Positions 61,237 to 64,000 of a stretch of 64,000 nt of DNA are shown here, in pieces. The stretch is from positions 1,408,001-1,472,000 of the forward strand of contig OZ245003.1 of NCBI GenBank assembly GCA_965223425.1. Direction: 5' to 3'. Every line of letters begins with the position of its first letter. The first letter of the stretch is position 1. The DNA is from Nitrosopumilus sp. (lineage in GTDB: Archaea > Thermoproteota > Nitrososphaeria > Nitrososphaerales > Nitrosopumilaceae). The notes under the pieces were generated by a model. It saw only the letters and a list, made by a program, of their open reading frames with translations, had not been told where the DNA came from and did not search any database. The position numbers and the translations under genes were made by a program.

Positions 61237-62725
61237 TTGTTTTTGTTTTTGTTTTTGTTTTTGTTTTTGTTTTTGTTTTTGTTTTTGTTTTTGTTTTTGT
61301 TTTTGTTTTTGTTTTTGACGGTTTCTTTTTGGGAGGTTTTTTTGCAAGAGATTTTAATTTGCTGTGCTTTTCGGAAATTTGCTTTTTAATTTTTTGTTGC
61401 TCTTTTTTTAATTTTTGATTTTTTGTTTTTATTTGTTTTTCAATTCTTTTGCGTTTCCCTTTTAGAGATTCAACTGCCTTTTCTTCTTTTTTGAGTTGTT
61501 TGGCCAATACTGCTTGAGAATAAAGTCTCTTTTTTTCTTCTTGTGTTTTTTTGACTATCAATTCTTTTTCCTTTGATATGGCATTAATTAGCTGGAGCCT
61601 TTCCTCTTTGGCTTTAATCAAATCTTGTTCTTGCATTTTAATTAATTTTTTAAGCTTATTAGATTCTACAAACTTGGCTTTTTCTTCGTTGACTTGGGAA
61701 ACAATTTCATCATAATCTTGTCTAGTTTTTTCTAATTCAGTTTGCTTGAATTTAATTTCATTGGCATATTTGGCCTGCTCTGCCAACCTAGATTTCTGGT
61801 CTTCGGCCATTTTTGCCAATGAATTTTGTTCATTTTGTATCTGTTTTTCAATTTTTTCTTGCTCTAATCGGGCTTGCTCAAGTTGTTTTTTTTGCCTAAC
61901 AAGTTCTTGTGAGATTTTGATCTTCTCCAAATCAATTTTTTTGATTATAGATTCTCGTTCCTTTTTGACTGTAGCAAGTTCTCGTTTTTGTGCTACTATT
62001 TCTCTAGATAATTTTGTTTGCGTTTCAACTCTAAATCTCTCATCCTTAATTTGGGACTCGAGCGAAGATCTGTCTTGAAGAGTTTGTTGCTCGTATTCTT
62101 TTCTATGAGAAACCAGTTCTGCTAATTTCAAGCGACGCATGCCAAGCTCATGTGAAGTTTTCTTTTGATTTTCAATGTTGCCTTCTTCTTGCTCGATGTT
62201 TTTAGTGACTTCACTTAGTTCCTTTGATTTGTCTTTAGGAGCCTGTCCTTTAGGTAAAGTTCCATGTACTTTTTGCGTAGGTTCTAATTTTTTAGAAATT
62301 TTTGGCGGGAAAATATTTTCTGTGGATTGTGATGTTTTAAGGGATTTGTCTTCAGCAATGATTTCTTCTTGAATCGGGGGTTGGAGTTTTGATTCTAGGT
62401 ATGCTTGATCAGAATGATAAAGCGGTTTGTTATTTACCAACATGTCATAGATATGTTGCAATCGTCCTAGATCACCATTACCAGTATCAATTAATTGTTG
62501 AATTTCTGGAAGAATTGGATTTTCTTGTTTAGATTCTTCTTCTTCTTCTTCAATTGAAAATGATGAATTTAATTTATTTTCAAGGTAAGCTTGATCAGAA
62601 TGATATAGCGGTTTGTTATTTTTTAAAAATTCAAGTATGTGACATAACCTACCTGAATCGCCTTTGCCAGTATCAATGAAACTGGTTACTTTTTCGATTG
62701 CTTGTGTAAGAGTCAGTTGCTGCAT
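61220..62725 (-). CDS. Coiled-coil protein with duplicated N-terminal motif and KT-repeat tail
   Basis: DTG.GD.GRL.HI...L.NNKPLYHSDQAYLE.KL twice; long heptad region. Confidence 0.8.
   Translation of the reverse strand: MQQLTLTQAIEKVTSFIDTGKGDSGRLCHILEFLKNNKPLYHSDQAYLENKLNSSFSIEEEEEESKQENPILPEIQQLIDTGNGDLGRLQHIYDMLVNNKPLYHSDQAYLESKLQPPIQEEIIAEDKSLKTSQSTENIFPPKISKKLEPTQKVHGTLPKGQAPKDKSKELSEVTKNIEQEEGNIENQKKTSHELGMRRLKLAELVSHRKEYEQQTLQDRSSLESQIKDERFRVETQTKLSREIVAQKRELATVKKERESIIKKIDLEKIKISQELVRQKKQLEQARLEQEKIEKQIQNEQNSLAKMAEDQKSRLAEQAKYANEIKFKQTELEKTRQDYDEIVSQVNEEKAKFVESNKLKKLIKMQEQDLIKAKEERLQLINAISKEKELIVKKTQEEKKRLYSQAVLAKQLKKEEKAVESLKGKRKRIEKQIKTKNQKLKKEQQKIKKQISEKHSKLKSLAKKPPKKKPSKTKTKTKTKTKTKTKTKTKTKTKTKTIKIAL
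61239..61316 (-). repeat. (AAAAAC)13 hexanucleotide microsatellite encoding (KT)13
   Basis: Counted directly in the sequence. Confidence 0.95.
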
Positions 62726-62853
62726 GATAACCCTCTTGTAGTTACTCCTGTGCCACTATAGTAAAAATAACTTGTTAAAAAAATTCACACAGACATGAAT
62801 TTTTGATGATTTGACCCAAGTCGATTAAAAGTTGTTGCCTAAAAGAAAGATAC

Positions 62854-63663
62854 TTAGATTTTGAGCCTAAATTTTTGACTCAAAACTATCACAGATGTCA
62901 CAGACACCCCAAGAACGATTAAAGCAGTTGAGCCAAACTCTGGCACTATAGTTGTGCCCGCAATAGTCAAAGTTTGGGATTCAGAGTCCAGTGGAATAAA
63001 CAATACGTTAAGATTATCTTCTGGAATACTTTCAAAATCATCAATTTTTTCACCATCCACCCAAATTACAAATGGGCCATCAATTAGGCCCGGATCTAAT
63101 CTTAATTCCAATTCGTTATTTTCAGATCTTGGTTCACCAATTATTTCAAACGTAATAGCTTTTTGATCTTTATCAACAGTGGCAGTCGATAACAGTCTAT
63201 TGAAGTCATATTCAACAGCAAAGCCTTCTTCATCATCATCATCAAATTCTCTTCCAACATTTGGAATAATTGAATATCCATCAGTTACAACAACAGTACC
63301 AGTCATCCAAGGGTGTAACAAGCAAAAGTATGGATAATGACCTGCTTCTGTAAATTTATGAGAATATGATGTTCCAGGTCCAAGTATGTTACTGTCAAAT
63401 ATTCCATCCCCGCCTTCAGATATAATGCCTGAAGTCGCAGTATGTGCAAAAGTATCAGCATTTTTCCAAACAATAGTGTCGCCCACCAGAATTTCAACAT
63501 CGCCTGAAGTTGAGCCGTCTTTTTCACTTTGCCAAAAATATGGCGCATCAGAGCTTGCCGCACCGGTAGGGATGTTTATGTCGTAGCTGGCCTGAGCAAA
63601 TGCACTAGTTGAAAATGGAATCAGAAATACTACAAATGTTAAAAGAAAAAAGAATAATTTCAT
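62854..63663 (-). CDS. Blue-copper (cupredoxin) protein with PEFG-CTERM anchor
   Basis: HTAT, YFCLLHPWM, VPEFG followed by TM. Confidence 0.92.
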   Translation of the reverse strand: MKLFFFLLTFVVFLIPFSTSAFAQASYDINIPTGAASSDAPYFWQSEKDGSTSGDVEILVGDTIVWKNADTFAHTATSGIISEGGDGIFDSNILGPGTSYSHKFTEAGHYPYFCLLHPWMTGTVVVTDGYSIIPNVGREFDDDDEEGFAVEYDFNRLLSTATVDKDQKAITFEIIGEPRSENNELELRLDPGLIDGPFVIWVDGEKIDDFESIPEDNLNVLFIPLDSESQTLTIAGTTIVPEFGSTALIVLGVSVTSVIVLSQKFRLKI

Positions 63664-63762
63664 AAAATAATGATTATAATTTAATTAAAAGGGTTTACGG
63701 TGTTCACAACCACATACAATATTGTTCTTGCTGTTTATTAATCAGATAGGGGGAATCCAGAT

Positions 63763-63987
63763 ATGAGAACAGGAATACTAGTCATCATTATAGGAACAAT
63801 CATGTTTGGGGCGGGACTAGTGTTGTTTTATTCAATTGAACTGGGACAGACAGATCCCACATTGAGATTTATCAAAAATGGGGGCACGTTTATTGGCATT
63901 AGTGGAATGGGAGTAAGTTTGGCAGGAATTTTGTTGTATCTTATCAGTAAAAATGAACCGCCAATAAAAGAAAATATCGACATCTAG
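63763..63987 (+). CDS. Small two-TM membrane protein
   Basis: Two hydrophobic helices. Confidence 0.7.
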   Translation: MRTGILVIIIGTIMFGAGLVLFYSIELGQTDPTLRFIKNGGTFIGISGMGVSLAGILLYLISKNEPPIKENIDI

Positions 63988-64000
63988 GCTTGTGAAAGCA

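Overview
64 kb of an ammonia-oxidising archaeal (Nitrosopumilus-like Thaumarchaeota) chromosome. The heavy IS load and coding microsatellite expansions suggest a host-associated lineage (inference). The core blocks are the S10/spc ribosomal protein operon (rpl3 to rpl6), psmA, a cdvB paralog, ccdA/redoxin, bioFBAD, HMG-CoA synthase, gap, thrC, CBS-TrkH and a cupredoxin. Between them lie accessory islands rich in IS630, ISH3, IS5, IS110 and IS481 elements, many of them nested or decayed. Four signals stand out. (1) An intact-looking TnpB gene is bounded by perfect 27-bp terminal inverted repeats of IS6 type rather than IS200/605 hairpin ends. (2) At 13.0-14.9 kb an array of same-orientation, related IS6-like ends separates small cargo genes, like a gene-cassette array. 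(3) One IS630 lineage duplicates CG instead of TA, shown by insertion into its own copy. (4) A module of membrane-anchored ArsR, secreted metzincin and partner carries a shared 9-6-9 operator. Also noted: an origin-like repeat cluster, an atypical tRNA-Phe-like gene, and polyQ plus a possible MITE inside ribosomal protein L24. All calls are by eye; no database searches were run.
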